Positions 30,094 through 39,755 of a stretch of 64,000 bases of DNA are shown here, in pieces. This DNA comes from Ignavibacteriota bacterium. Lineage in GTDB: Bacteria; Bacteroidota; Ignavibacteria; UBA10030. Both the position numbers and the translations under genes were made by a program. A model generated the notes under the pieces. That model had not been told where the DNA came from. It did not search any database and worked only from the letters and a program-made list of their open reading frames with translations. Where the stretch lies: contig OY969585.1 of the NCBI GenBank assembly GCA_963701295.1, positions 1,760,001 to 1,824,000 on the forward strand, in the 5' to 3' direction. Within the stretch, counting starts at the first letter, position 1. Each line of letters starts with the position of its first letter.

Positions 30094-32358
30094 ATGAAAA
30101 AAGTTTTGACTGTATTATTCGTTGTGTTTTCATCCGTAGCATCCAGCCAGGCTCTCTTATTTAGATCGGAATCCTTTTCTATTTATTCAACAAAAGTAGT
30201 GCAAGAAAAATACGAAGCATCTGCAGAATCGCCGACCAGGATAGTCTCCAATTATAAGGGTTCAGACCAAAGCCAAATTCACATTGGAACTTTGCAAGAA
30301 TTAATTACAAAAGAATGGACGTTGACGAAAGATATCTCTCCGTTCCCACAATTTCATTCCGATTTTGTTCTTGTGGATGCATTATACACAAAAGCGTTGG
30401 AGGAAATGCTTCTCGATGTTCGCACAGACGGTGCATTTATGGCTGGCGCGAAATGGGATGGCGTTTGGACGCGCGACATCAGCTACAGTATTCTTCTATC
30501 ATTAGCCATTGTCAATCCAGATGTCGCCAAAGTAAGCCTTAAAGCGAAGGTAAAAAACAATCGTATCATTCAGGACACAGGAACGGGCGGTTCTTGGCCG
30601 GTGTCAACAGACCGTGTGGCATGGGCACTGGCCGCATGGGAGGTATATGTCGTAACGGGCGATGAAGAATGGTTGCACTATGCGTATTCAGTAATAAAAA
30701 ATTCTACTCAGGATGATATGCAGAATGCAGTTAACCCATCAACCGGATTAATGAATGGCGAATCGTCATTTCTTGATTGGCGGGAACAAACATATCCGCG
30801 GTGGATGGACCCGAAGGATATTTACCAGTCGCAGGCACTTGGAACAAATGCTGTTCACTTCCGAACATACAAGATTCTTGCGGAGATGGCAAGCTTGTGT
30901 GGAGATAATCCGGAAAAATATTCACAAAGAGCTGAGGACATCAAAATTGGAATCGATCGTTATCTCTGGCTGGAAGACAAAGGATATTATGGACAGTATC
31001 TCTATGGAAGAGTCTTTCACTCGGTCTCGCAAAAATCAGAAGCTCTTGGCGAAGCTTTGATGGTTCTTTTTGATATTGCCAAGAATGGAAGGGCGAAGAC
31101 GATCATCTCGAAAGCACCGGTCGTGGAGTTTGGTGTTCCTTGTATCTACCCGCAAATCCCAGACATTCTTCCATATCATAACAATGCCATTTGGCCGTTC
31201 GTCGAGGCATATTGGACTTGGGCATCGGCGAAAGCAGGCAATGTAAAATCTGTCGAACACGGTTTAGCATCGATCTATCGAGCGGCAGCACTTTTCAATA
31301 CCAATAAAGAGAATATGGTCGCGGGCAGCGGCGACTATGTGGGAACGCAGATCAATTCTGATCGTCAACTTTGGAGTGTGGCGGGTTGTCTGGCAATGGT
31401 ATACCGGATTTTCTTTGGTATGTCGTTTACCAAGGACGGGCTTGCCTTTACTCCGTTTGTCCCGTCTGCATACGGGGGAAACAAATCGCTTTCAAATTTC
31501 AAATACCGGGATGCAGATCTTACAATTAATCTGAAAGGGACGGGGAGTAAAATAAAATTGGCACTGCTGGATAGCGTAATACTACCGGTTGCAGTAATTT
31601 CATCTAAGTTAAAAGGAAAACATACGCTCGATATTCTTTTAGAGCATACTCCTAATGAGAACACCTCGATCAATCTTGTGCAGAATGAGTTTGCTCCTGA
31701 AACGCCAATGGTCAGGAAGGAGGGGGAGAAACTGGTCTGGCAAAACATCGCTGACGCATATATATATCACATCTACAAAAATGGTTGGAAGTTCGCCGAA
31801 AGCCAGAAAGAATACTTTACTCTTCCAAAGAACGCGGGTATTTCTGAATTCCAGGTACTGGCGGTGAATAACAAAGGGTTCGATTCTTTCCTCAGTGAAC
31901 CGGTAGAAGTTGTGAATAACAAGGATGTCACGGTTCTTGATGCATCAGAAGCAAAGCTTCCCTTGCAGAGCGAATACAAAGGCTTTACCAAGAAGGGATA
32001 CATTTGTTTAGAGAAAGATGGAAAACAAAAGGTGGAATTCAAGAAGGAAGTACAAAGAACAGGTTTATATCGCATCGACATCAGGTACGCAAATGGAAAT
32101 GGCCCCATCAACACCGACAATAAATGCGCCATTCGGACTTTGCTAGTGAATGATAAATCTGTCGGCTCAATTGTCATGCCACAGCGCGGGGCCGGCATCT
32201 GGAGCGATTGGGGATTCTCAAGTTCTTTGTTCGTCAGAATTGAAAAGGGGATCAATACGTTTGCTCTTGTATTTACTCCCTTCAATAGTAATATGAATGT
32301 GGATGAAAACATCGCTCTTCTTGATGACTTCCGCTTAACATTCGTTTCAGATAAATAG
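30094..32358 (+). CDS. (alpha/alpha)6 glycoside hydrolase, glycogen-debranching-like, with C-terminal CBM35/CBM6-like module
   Basis: WDGVWTRDISYS, QDTGTGGSWPVSTDR, GESSFLDWREQTYP, YHNNAIWPFV, YANGNGPINTDNKCA. Confidence 0.75.
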   Translation: MKKVLTVLFVVFSSVASSQALLFRSESFSIYSTKVVQEKYEASAESPTRIVSNYKGSDQSQIHIGTLQELITKEWTLTKDISPFPQFHSDFVLVDALYTKALEEMLLDVRTDGAFMAGAKWDGVWTRDISYSILLSLAIVNPDVAKVSLKAKVKNNRIIQDTGTGGSWPVSTDRVAWALAAWEVYVVTGDEEWLHYAYSVIKNSTQDDMQNAVNPSTGLMNGESSFLDWREQTYPRWMDPKDIYQSQALGTNAVHFRTYKILAEMASLCGDNPEKYSQRAEDIKIGIDRYLWLEDKGYYGQYLYGRVFHSVSQKSEALGEALMVLFDIAKNGRAKTIISKAPVVEFGVPCIYPQIPDILPYHNNAIWPFVEAYWTWASAKAGNVKSVEHGLASIYRAAALFNTNKENMVAGSGDYVGTQINSDRQLWSVAGCLAMVYRIFFGMSFTKDGLAFTPFVPSAYGGNKSLSNFKYRDADLTINLKGTGSKIKLALLDSVILPVAVISSKLKGKHTLDILLEHTPNENTSINLVQNEFAPETPMVRKEGEKLVWQNIADAYIYHIYKNGWKFAESQKEYFTLPKNAGISEFQVLAVNNKGFDSFLSEPVEVVNNKDVTVLDASEAKLPLQSEYKGFTKKGYICLEKDGKQKVEFKKEVQRTGLYRIDIRYANGNGPINTDNKCAIRTLLVNDKSVGSIVMPQRGAGIWSDWGFSSSLFVRIEKGINTFALVFTPFNSNMNVDENIALLDDFRLTFVSDK

Positions 32359-32377
32359 ACGATTAAGAACTTACCTC

Positions 32378-33262
32378 ATGCTCTATCGTGATTTTGGAAA
32401 TGCAGGATTCAAGGTATCTGTTCTGGGATATGGGGCTGGAATGCTTGGTGCAGATCATCTTTCAGAGAAAAATGCCGACCAATTACTCAATCGAGTTGTT
32501 GATCTGGGAATGACATTGATCGATACCGCGCGCGGGTATGGTAGATCTGAAGAACGTGTTGGAAGATTTCTCCAGCATCGTCGTCATGAAATCATTCTTT
32601 CGACAAAAGTAGGATATGGAATTCCAAGTCATCCCGATTGGACGTATGAGTGCGTTCAAGCCGGTATAGAGGAAGCGTTGCGCCGACTAGGGACCGATTA
32701 CATCGATATTGTGCACCTGCATTCTTGTCCACGGAATATTTTAGAAGAGGGAGGATCGCTTCGTGCTTTAGAGAATGCTGTCGCATCCGGCAAAGTGCGA
32801 GTTGCAGCATACTCGGGCGAGAATGAAGCGCTGGATTGGGCAGTTCATTCAGGCAGATTCGGAAGTGTCGAGCATTCGGTGAATATCTGTGATCAGCGTG
32901 TTATCGATGGAGCGTTGACGCTGGCAACATCGCTAAGATTAGGTATTATTGCGAAACGTCCGTTAGCGAATGCACCGTGGCGCTTTATCGAGTGTCCGAA
33001 AGGAGAATATGTCGAAGAATATTGGTGGCGCTGGAAGACGATGAATCTTGATACGCGGGGACTTGAATGGCAGGAATTAGCATTACGGTTCTCTGCGTTC
33101 ATGCCAGGTGTAAGCTCGTGCATCGTAGGAACATCCCAAATCAGTCACGTTCTTGAGAACATCCACTATATTGAAAATGGTCCGTTAGATGAGGACCATA
33201 CCTCGCTCATCAGGAAAGTGTTTCGTGAAAACGATCCAGGCTCGTGGATTGGACAAATATGA
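32378..33262 (+). CDS. Aldo/keto reductase
   Basis: IDTARGYGRSEE, LSTKVG, LRRLGTDYIDIVHLH. Confidence 0.92.
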   Translation: MLYRDFGNAGFKVSVLGYGAGMLGADHLSEKNADQLLNRVVDLGMTLIDTARGYGRSEERVGRFLQHRRHEIILSTKVGYGIPSHPDWTYECVQAGIEEALRRLGTDYIDIVHLHSCPRNILEEGGSLRALENAVASGKVRVAAYSGENEALDWAVHSGRFGSVEHSVNICDQRVIDGALTLATSLRLGIIAKRPLANAPWRFIECPKGEYVEEYWWRWKTMNLDTRGLEWQELALRFSAFMPGVSSCIVGTSQISHVLENIHYIENGPLDEDHTSLIRKVFRENDPGSWIGQI

Positions 33263-33324
33263 ATACTTCAATGTATACAAACAAGAGCATATGTCATGGA
33301 AAAATCGGACCCTCAAAACCGTTT

Positions 33325-33680
33325 GTAGCGGGGAAGACCTATTCGGCTATCGCTAGCTTGTTAGAAGTCCACGTAATGTAATACTGATTTTCTAAATTGT
33401 CATCGTAACCGAAATCGTAACACAAGTTAGCTTGACTCTGGCTTGGGTCATAAATGAAGTTACGATTTTATGATGGATATTCTGTTAACAGATTTGTGAA
33501 ATCATTTTTTGTACTTTCAATAAATCGTAACTGTAAAATTGTAAGGAAGGATAGATTAATGGGACAATCAGAACTACGAGACAGATAAGCTGATCCGCTG
33601 GAGGCATTTCATTTCTTTTCGGAGCGGGAGAGTGAACTTGATCGAACTCAGTCCCGAATTCGAAACTCTTTTCATCGATT
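33325..33680. repeat. Copy 2 of the att-like element, starting with the tRNA-Met 3'-end sequence GTAGCGGGG
   Basis: Homologous to 1657-1895 with ~130 extra bp; contains repeated ATCGTAAC motifs. Confidence 0.75.
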
Positions 33681-34328
33681 TTCAATAATTTCCATGCAAT
33701 ATTAGTTAATAAGAATGGTCTTATATCACACATTGAAAGTTCCGATGGTGAGCCATTCTATAATGACCTCCTTGCTATAATCAGATTTTTTTACCAATGG
33801 GTGAATAAGCGAAGAATCGTTTTGGTGCAGGGAACTTTTGTCGTGTAATATTTGTCTATCTATTTGTAACCATCGAAGCCGTTGAGTAATCATGAAGATA
33901 ATGTAATTAAAACAGCATGTTTCGTTGCGGAATAAAAAATGAAAGGACAAAGATCTATAGAACCTTGATGACCTTTTAAAGCGAATAATACTTTCGCCGG
34001 GGTAAATATGCTGGTTCGATCTGCTTCAAATTACATAGTAGATTTATTAAGTCATTTCATACCACCTGCACATCTGTGCGGTAGAACTTCCCCTTTTCTG
34101 GGAGGTGATACAAGGTGGTTTTTTTTGTCATCATCGATCGTTTCCCAAAGAGGAAATTTCTTAGCGGAGAGAGACTTTCCTCGGGTCGGTGTATTGAACG
34201 GATTACGGTTGATCTGGGCATCACGTTGCTAGCTGTCTCCACATACTTTATCGCGCAAGCCGTTCTGCCATTTACCTCCGTTTCCAAGCACTATAATCTT
34301 TATAAAAAAATACGTTAATAGATTCGAT

Positions 34329-35144
34329 ATGAAAAAAATAAATTATCACGCTTCATTTTTACAAAGTATATATTTTATAATCTATTTAATCCTGTCTTCA
34401 GTCATAATATTTACTCCGATAATAATCACGGGATCTGTCTATATAACAGAAAAATTTATCCTTGATGAAGAAATAGCCGAAGTGTTTCTTCTTTGCATTC
34501 TGTTTTCGCTGAGTATTTTGATATTTAAATTATATAAACAAGAAGCTTTTAAACAAGAAGAATTCATTAAAAAAATGAAAAATGATAAAAAGACGACCGA
34601 GGAAAGGCTTTTTGATTCACTAAGTTATATTGGTAAAGTAAATGTCCAAATTGAAGAAATGAAGTCAATATTTAATACTACGAACACATATCCGGAAACA
34701 AAAAATGATTTTAAAAAAACTTTTCGTTTCCTTAGCGAGCGCGTTCTTGGAATTGTAAATACAAATTGGGCTTTATTGAGAATAATTAACAGCAATACCC
34801 AGAGAACAATCAGCGAGTGCTTTGAAACACGGCAAGGTTTTTCATGTCAGTATCCTCACGTGAGCAATAGAATGATCCTTGAAAAACAACTCATTTCGCC
34901 TTTTACTACAGTCATTTCGAATTCGCAAAATTTAAATATCCTCGTTTGTTGTACTATGCCCATTGATAAAATCAGCAATGATCAACGTGTGTTTATTCAA
35001 GCTATTATAAATGAGATTATTATGCTGTTCATTATTTTAAATTCCTCATATTACAAAAACGGAAATACTATATTTGAAGAAAATATATCTATTAAAAAAC
35101 AGAGTAACAATAATTTATATCCGATGACAGCATATATGCGATGA
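34329..35144 (+). CDS. Hypothetical membrane protein (two N-terminal TM helices)
   Basis: 271-aa AT-rich ORF with hydrophobic N-terminus; no family recognised. Confidence 0.7.
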   Translation: MKKINYHASFLQSIYFIIYLILSSVIIFTPIIITGSVYITEKFILDEEIAEVFLLCILFSLSILIFKLYKQEAFKQEEFIKKMKNDKKTTEERLFDSLSYIGKVNVQIEEMKSIFNTTNTYPETKNDFKKTFRFLSERVLGIVNTNWALLRIINSNTQRTISECFETRQGFSCQYPHVSNRMILEKQLISPFTTVISNSQNLNILVCCTMPIDKISNDQRVFIQAIINEIIMLFIILNSSYYKNGNTIFEENISIKKQSNNNLYPMTAYMR

Positions 35145-35537
35145 TGGTTCGTTTGAAGTAACCTCGCATATCTTGCTCCTTTCATTACCTTCAAGGGTAT
35201 ATGAAGCTGTCTCTTTTATCGGACAGCCCTTGCATTTCAACGAATGCTTGTCGCATTATCGAATTAATTTGTGGTAAGATCTTTCAAAAGGATAATGGAA
35301 TCCAATGAAAATAATTCTCAACAGATTAACTTTACCTTACCCGTATAAAAAGATCTGAAAGAGGTACGGGAAGTGTTGAATGAGACATGAGACATGGACT
35401 TTTTAGAATTATATTGGATAAAACGAAAATATAAATAATTTCAGTTTCAATATGTTCGATTCTGTAAAATAGCACATATGAGAAAATAATTCACATGCGC
35501 TCTGGTTTGGAGGTTCATCTCGGGGTCATGAAAGAAA

Positions 35538-35660
35538 AGAGGCCGAAACTTTTCAGAATCGGCCTTTCGTGTAGCGGGGCCCAAAGTATAGTCTAAAGAA
35601 ACTTCTTAACATATAGTTAAATCGTATAAATTCTTCTCTGGTAAAGCTTTATACGGTTTC
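35538..35660. mobile_element. att-like junction: hairpin, tRNA-Met 3'-end copy and inverted repeat
   Basis: AGGCCGA..TCGGCCT hairpin, then GTAGCGGGG at 35571 (same as the tRNA 3' end on this strand), then AAATCGTATAAA..TTTATACGGTTT. Confidence 0.5.
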
Positions 35661-36134
35661 ATTGTCGAATTATGCACATTTAAAATTCTACAAAGACACT
35701 AAATCCTGTCATTTATTAGAACGTTAAGTGAGGTCAAGATGATTTTGGACCATGGTAATATGGTGCATTATTCGCTTGTAAACATTGACGAAATAGATAA
35801 AAGTTGGCAAATGGAACTAGACCCGTCGTTTACTGGTCAACCTTCAAAAAACCGGGAGACAAAATAGGAAAGTACTGACGCGATAAATTGACAAGAGGTT
35901 GGTGAAATTACGACAGATATTGTCCTCGAAACCTTTTAAGTTTAAATAGACACTCAGGAGGGATACCGTGCTGTGCAGAATGAGTCGGCAAGATGAAATA
36001 GAGACAGAGGAAGAATATAAAACTCGCAGAAATCTATTATATGAACAAGCAGAGAATACGAGTATCGACGGATGGAGAAGTATAAAAGAGAAAGACGCCA
36101 CGCACATTGTCCAACAGAAAGGAAGGAAAGAATT

Positions 36135-36638
36135 ATGAAGAACGAGAATAAGGAGATTGTAAAACAGTATATCGAAAACATCTTGAATACTGGAAATGCC
36201 GAAGATCTATCGACGTTTATTTCACCCCACTATACCGAGGTCCTTAACAATAAGAGGTATCATCTGGGGATTAAAGGAATCCGGAAAAAAATCACGGGAA
36301 TCCGCGAGATATATCCCGATTTGAAATTATCCATCGATGTACAAATTACCGAAGGCGACTGGGTTGTTACGAGCTACATCATGAACGGAACACAGGTCGG
36401 TAGCTGGATGGGTATCAGACCGACAGGAAAAACCGTTGAAGTCCGGGGAGTCAATATAGACAGGGTCGTTGATAGTAAAATAACGGAACATGAAAGCAGC
36501 ACGGATCTCGTTGATCCGTTAATAGAATTCAATCAACACTCGCAACACTCAACACATTGGATCAAAGATAATTTGCAGAATAAATTTGTTGCAAAGAATG
36601 AAGATGTTAAGACCATATGCGAAACGGAGGTTGCATAA
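36135..36638 (+). CDS. SnoaL-like ester cyclase
   Basis: ENKEIVKQYIE..YPDLKLSI...EGDWVV...GTQVGSWMGIRPTGKTVEVRG..RVVDSKITE. Start at ATG 36135 after an RBS. Confidence 0.85.
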   Translation: MKNENKEIVKQYIENILNTGNAEDLSTFISPHYTEVLNNKRYHLGIKGIRKKITGIREIYPDLKLSIDVQITEGDWVVTSYIMNGTQVGSWMGIRPTGKTVEVRGVNIDRVVDSKITEHESSTDLVDPLIEFNQHSQHSTHWIKDNLQNKFVAKNEDVKTICETEVA

Positions 36639-36660
36639 CCATAAATACTTTTCCTTCTTT

Positions 36661-36693
36661 TCAAAGGTGTTTGCGAAAGCAGGCACCTTTTGA
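36661..36693 (+). terminator. Intrinsic terminator after the SnoaL-like gene
   Basis: AAAGGTGTTTGC-gaaa-GCAGGCACCTTTT. Confidence 0.7.
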
Positions 36694-36882
36694 ATCGTCA
36701 CCCCAATATTCCATCACACAAAACCACTCAAGAAAAACAAGTGCATTTAATGCTTGATTTTGGGTTGAGGATGCCGCATATTTGCACTGTACGAGATAAG
36801 AGAGGAGAGTTAACTTATCTCGTTTTCACCAGACGCCGACAGGACGAATCTTTTTTATCTAGACAAGGTGAAGAGCGCTGAA

Positions 36883-36912
36883 TTGACAAGGGAAGTGAGA
36901 AATAGTTAGGCT
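36883..36912 (+). promoter_or_regulatory. Candidate cassette promoter (Pc-like)
   Basis: TTGACA (36883)-18 bp-TAGGCT (36907), pointing into the array. A second candidate is TTGATT-17-CATATT at 36754-36782. Confidence 0.5.
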
Positions 36913-36979
36913 GCAATATGCAGTCTAACACACAAAAAAGCGTATTAGGCTGCGATATGCAGTCTAATCAGAGTTAGCC
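36905..36979 (+). mobile_element. attI-like primary recombination site
   Basis: Two direct 23-bp near-palindromes TTAGGCTGC(A/G)ATATGCAGTCTAA, then GTCTAAT-caga-G|TTAGCC. GTTAGCCAGCGCAA is the exact reverse complement of TTGCGCTGGCTAAC at the end of cassette 1. No attC stem lies upstream. Confidence 0.7.
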
Positions 36980-36995
36980 AGCGCAAAGGATTATA

Positions 36996-37589
36996 ATGAG
37001 AAACGCTATCATAGTAATGCTAAATATTGTTTTTCTTCAAGGTCTTTTCAGTCAAGACTCAACCAAAATCATGGATATGGAACTATCACCAAAAGGCGAT
37101 ATTGAACTCCAATATGTAGATAGCGATTCTTGCCTTTGCATGGATGTCTGGTTGATTAGTCAAGAAGATTCAACACAGAAATTTATATTAGATTCTGCTA
37201 CTACTCTAGGTACAAAGTATTTCTTTTCTCCAGATGAGAATTGGATAGCTGCAAATTTTGAATATGTTAGCAATTACAGAACGGTTATTCTTTTTAAACG
37301 TGTTGAAGGTATTCGGTACAAGAAAGTCGAGAATGCTCAAATTTATGAAAAAGGTGTCGAATTTATGGCGAAGATCAGGCATCTTCGTAATGTTCCAGAA
37401 TTTGGACATAGTATAGCTGAGATATTAAAATGGTCACCAGACTCGAAATCATTTCTTTTCAAAATTCGTGCTTGGGATAACAATCAGGGATTCACCATTA
37501 GGGATTGGACAAGTATATTTAATGTAGAATTACTTTCGGTCTCAGGAGATAAACGAAATAATGGTTGGCTTATTCATGAGCGTAAATAA
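36996..37589 (+). CDS. Cassette 1: secreted hypothetical protein
   Basis: Signal peptide, RBS directly after the GTT site, WD40/TolB-like FSPDENW and WSPDSK motifs. Confidence 0.75.
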   Translation: MRNAIIVMLNIVFLQGLFSQDSTKIMDMELSPKGDIELQYVDSDSCLCMDVWLISQEDSTQKFILDSATTLGTKYFFSPDENWIAANFEYVSNYRTVILFKRVEGIRYKKVENAQIYEKGVEFMAKIRHLRNVPEFGHSIAEILKWSPDSKSFLFKIRAWDNNQGFTIRDWTSIFNVELLSVSGDKRNNGWLIHERK

Positions 37590-37601
37590 TTGATTTGCGC
37601 T

Positions 37602-37760
37602 GGCTAACCAGCGGCTCAAACTGACCGAATGAGCGTCGGTACGTTAAGCATGGCGCGTAGATGTGTAGATGTTTAATAATAAACTTTTCAGCATGGACTT
37701 GTTTCGTTTAATGTGTTTTGAAAGTTATCAGTGCGGCAGCTTAGCCGCCATCCGTTAGGC
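37602..37760 (+). repeat. attC site 1 (159 bp)
   Basis: GGCTAAC..GCGGCTCAAACTG.....CAGCTTAGCCGC..GTTAGGC. Confidence 0.9.
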
Positions 37761-37784
37761 GCCACCATGTAAAAGAAGTGACGA

Positions 37785-38456
37785 ATGCTCATACAATTAC
37801 TAAATCAAATGGTAGCCTGTAAACAGTGTAGTTTTACCGACGAGAAGTATCCCCCATTGGCTCCAGTCCGATTAGCAGATGTTGCAAAGGTTATGCTTAT
37901 TGGGGAAAATCCTTCGTGGGAATTTGGTCAACGTGTTCCATTTGATGGAATTACATACAGTGGGCAGGCACTTCATAAGTATTATATTGTTCCAATGAAG
38001 AAGGCTTTCAATTTTAGAGAGACTGATTTTTGGATAACTGATCTTTTCAAATGCCGTTATAGAAAAGAAGTGCTTCGCAATAAACGTGTTATGCAGAAAT
38101 CAATCTTCGACAATGCCAAATTGTGCGCAACAAGTTGGTTGCTCGCCGAAATCAAGTTTATTCAACCCATAGTCATTTTAACACTTGGAGATAAAGAAGT
38201 CTACCAAAGACTCCGTAAAATCTTTAACTTATCGTCGTGTCCTACAAAATTCGCAGAAGCAGCATACAGGTTACATTCTATTGTTATAGGAGGACACAAA
38301 TGCCAACTTTTTCCTACTTGCCATCCAGATATTTCTTATTTAAATCCCCGTAAACGCGATGCGAGTTGTAAATGGTCAAAACTGCACCAAAATCAATTTA
38401 TTGAAGTTTTGAAGACAGCGTCGATATTCGGCGATACAAGGATGTTGTCATTGTGA
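37785..38456 (+). CDS. Cassette 2, gene A: uracil-DNA glycosylase superfamily protein
   Basis: CxxC, VMLIGENP, ITDLFKC, LxxEIxxIxP.VILTLG and HP motifs of Fe-S UDG families. Confidence 0.8.
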   Translation: MLIQLLNQMVACKQCSFTDEKYPPLAPVRLADVAKVMLIGENPSWEFGQRVPFDGITYSGQALHKYYIVPMKKAFNFRETDFWITDLFKCRYRKEVLRNKRVMQKSIFDNAKLCATSWLLAEIKFIQPIVILTLGDKEVYQRLRKIFNLSSCPTKFAEAAYRLHSIVIGGHKCQLFPTCHPDISYLNPRKRDASCKWSKLHQNQFIEVLKTASIFGDTRMLSL

Positions 38457-38495
38457 CTAAAGAAATTCTATATTCTTTTGCAAGGAGATAAGAAA

Positions 38496-39209
38496 ATGAA
38501 GAGACTTCCAGTTTGCATATATATTGTCTTAATGCTTGCAATTGTCAATCTCAATTGCCAAAATAAGCATGATCAAACTACATTTAAAAATCCAGCACAA
38601 ACATATGAATCTCACACAGAATCTGACTCAGCTAACATGAGTGATGTACCACATGATGTCAGACGTGTTTTTCTCGGCAACGGCTACAGAGAAGCACAAT
38701 GGGGTATGTCCACAAAACAAGTGTCTGATTTACTTCGCGCAAAGATACTTTATCATGACAAAGTCATCACAGACGGAGATATTTTCATCTCTTATAATCT
38801 TGGTGGTGGAAAGTCGGTTACCTGTTATTTTTATAAGAATCTTTTCTATCGAGCAGAGTATTCACCTTCATTCAAAGATGGCGATGAGATTGCTGGTGAA
38901 GCAGTTCTTCACGGTCTGACAGATAAGTATGGTCAGCCGAGACAAATAGGGGGAATGGTAAACGCATGGACAGAATCCCCGCTCATAGTGTACCAATGGG
39001 ATGATGATAGTACTGAAATCAGGTTCCAGATGTGGGATCCTGAGCCACTAAAACGAGCTGGTGGTCTTTATCCAAGCTCGACGATAGCAGTCTCTTACAA
39101 ATCGAAATTTATTTCCATAAAGAAAGAATCGGAGTTGTCGGAATTAAACGACAAAGTGCGCAAGAAATCCGTGCAAGAAAAATTGAAATCTTTAAAAAAT
39201 GACTTCTGA
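38496..39209 (+). CDS. Cassette 2, gene B: probable lipoprotein
   Basis: MKRLP..AIVNLNC lipobox-like signal; GYREAQWGMS motif; RBS AGGAG. Confidence 0.7.
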   Translation: MKRLPVCIYIVLMLAIVNLNCQNKHDQTTFKNPAQTYESHTESDSANMSDVPHDVRRVFLGNGYREAQWGMSTKQVSDLLRAKILYHDKVITDGDIFISYNLGGGKSVTCYFYKNLFYRAEYSPSFKDGDEIAGEAVLHGLTDKYGQPRQIGGMVNAWTESPLIVYQWDDDSTEIRFQMWDPEPLKRAGGLYPSSTIAVSYKSKFISIKKESELSELNDKVRKKSVQEKLKSLKNDF

Positions 39210-39237
39210 TTTTATTCATTTTGATAAACATGGCGGC

Positions 39238-39393
39238 GCCTAACCAGGCGCTCAAGCTGACGGAATGAGCGTAGGTACGTTAAGCATGGCGAGTATAGGT
39301 TAGTACAAAATTGAAAGTTATCAGCGTGAACTCAGTTCGTTTAGTGAATTATGAAAATTATCAGCGCCGCAGCTTAGCGCCCATCCGTTAGGC
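39238..39393 (+). repeat. attC site 2 (156 bp)
   Basis: GCCTAAC cag GCGCT[C]AAGCTG[A]CGG ... CCGCAGCTTAGCGC ccatcc GTTAGGC. The two unpaired bases give the canonical extrahelical G and T on the bottom strand. Confidence 0.93.
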
Positions 39394-39592
39394 CGCGCGT
39401 GCGGTGCGCAAGTTATGTATTTTATTTTTATAGAAAGTTTTGTTGTTACGAGTGTTTGAGTGCTGTCTACGTCGTGCCGTTAAAATTGAATATTCGTTTG
39501 CACCGCACGCGCAAGTATCTATTTCGTTGAGTACATTTTGAAAGTATCGGTCGTTGTCTTTCGACCAATGGTGATACAATTAAAATCTGTTG
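39394..39592. other. Cassette 3: ~200-bp cassette with no convincing ORF
   Basis: Bounded by GTTAGGCC and GGCCTAAC; contains a 13-bp perfect inverted repeat. Confidence 0.7.
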
Positions 39593-39745
39593 GCCTAACC
39601 AAGCAACTCAAGCTGACAGAATGAGCGTTGGTACGTTAAGCATGGCGCTTAGAAATTATTGTTTAAAAGATATTATAATAAACTTATTTTGTATTCAGCA
39701 ACTTGCGGCATATCAGCGCTGCAGCTTAGTTGCCGTCCGTTAGGG
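39593..39745 (+). repeat. attC site 3 (153 bp)
   Basis: GCCTAAC..GCAACTCAAGCTGACAG...CTGCAGCTTAGTTGC..GTTAGGG, with compensatory changes relative to attC2. Confidence 0.92.
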
Positions 39746-39755
39746 CGCAAATCAA

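Noticed and set aside
33726-34318. Several short overlapping ORFs
   Set aside because: No recognisable family, RBS or consistent frame; probably eroded island sequence. A homology search could still find a remnant.
35150-36900. Possible integron integrase upstream of attI
   Set aside because: No long ORF and no R-H-R-H-Y tyrosine recombinase motifs seen on either strand; only a SnoaL-like gene and short ORFs.
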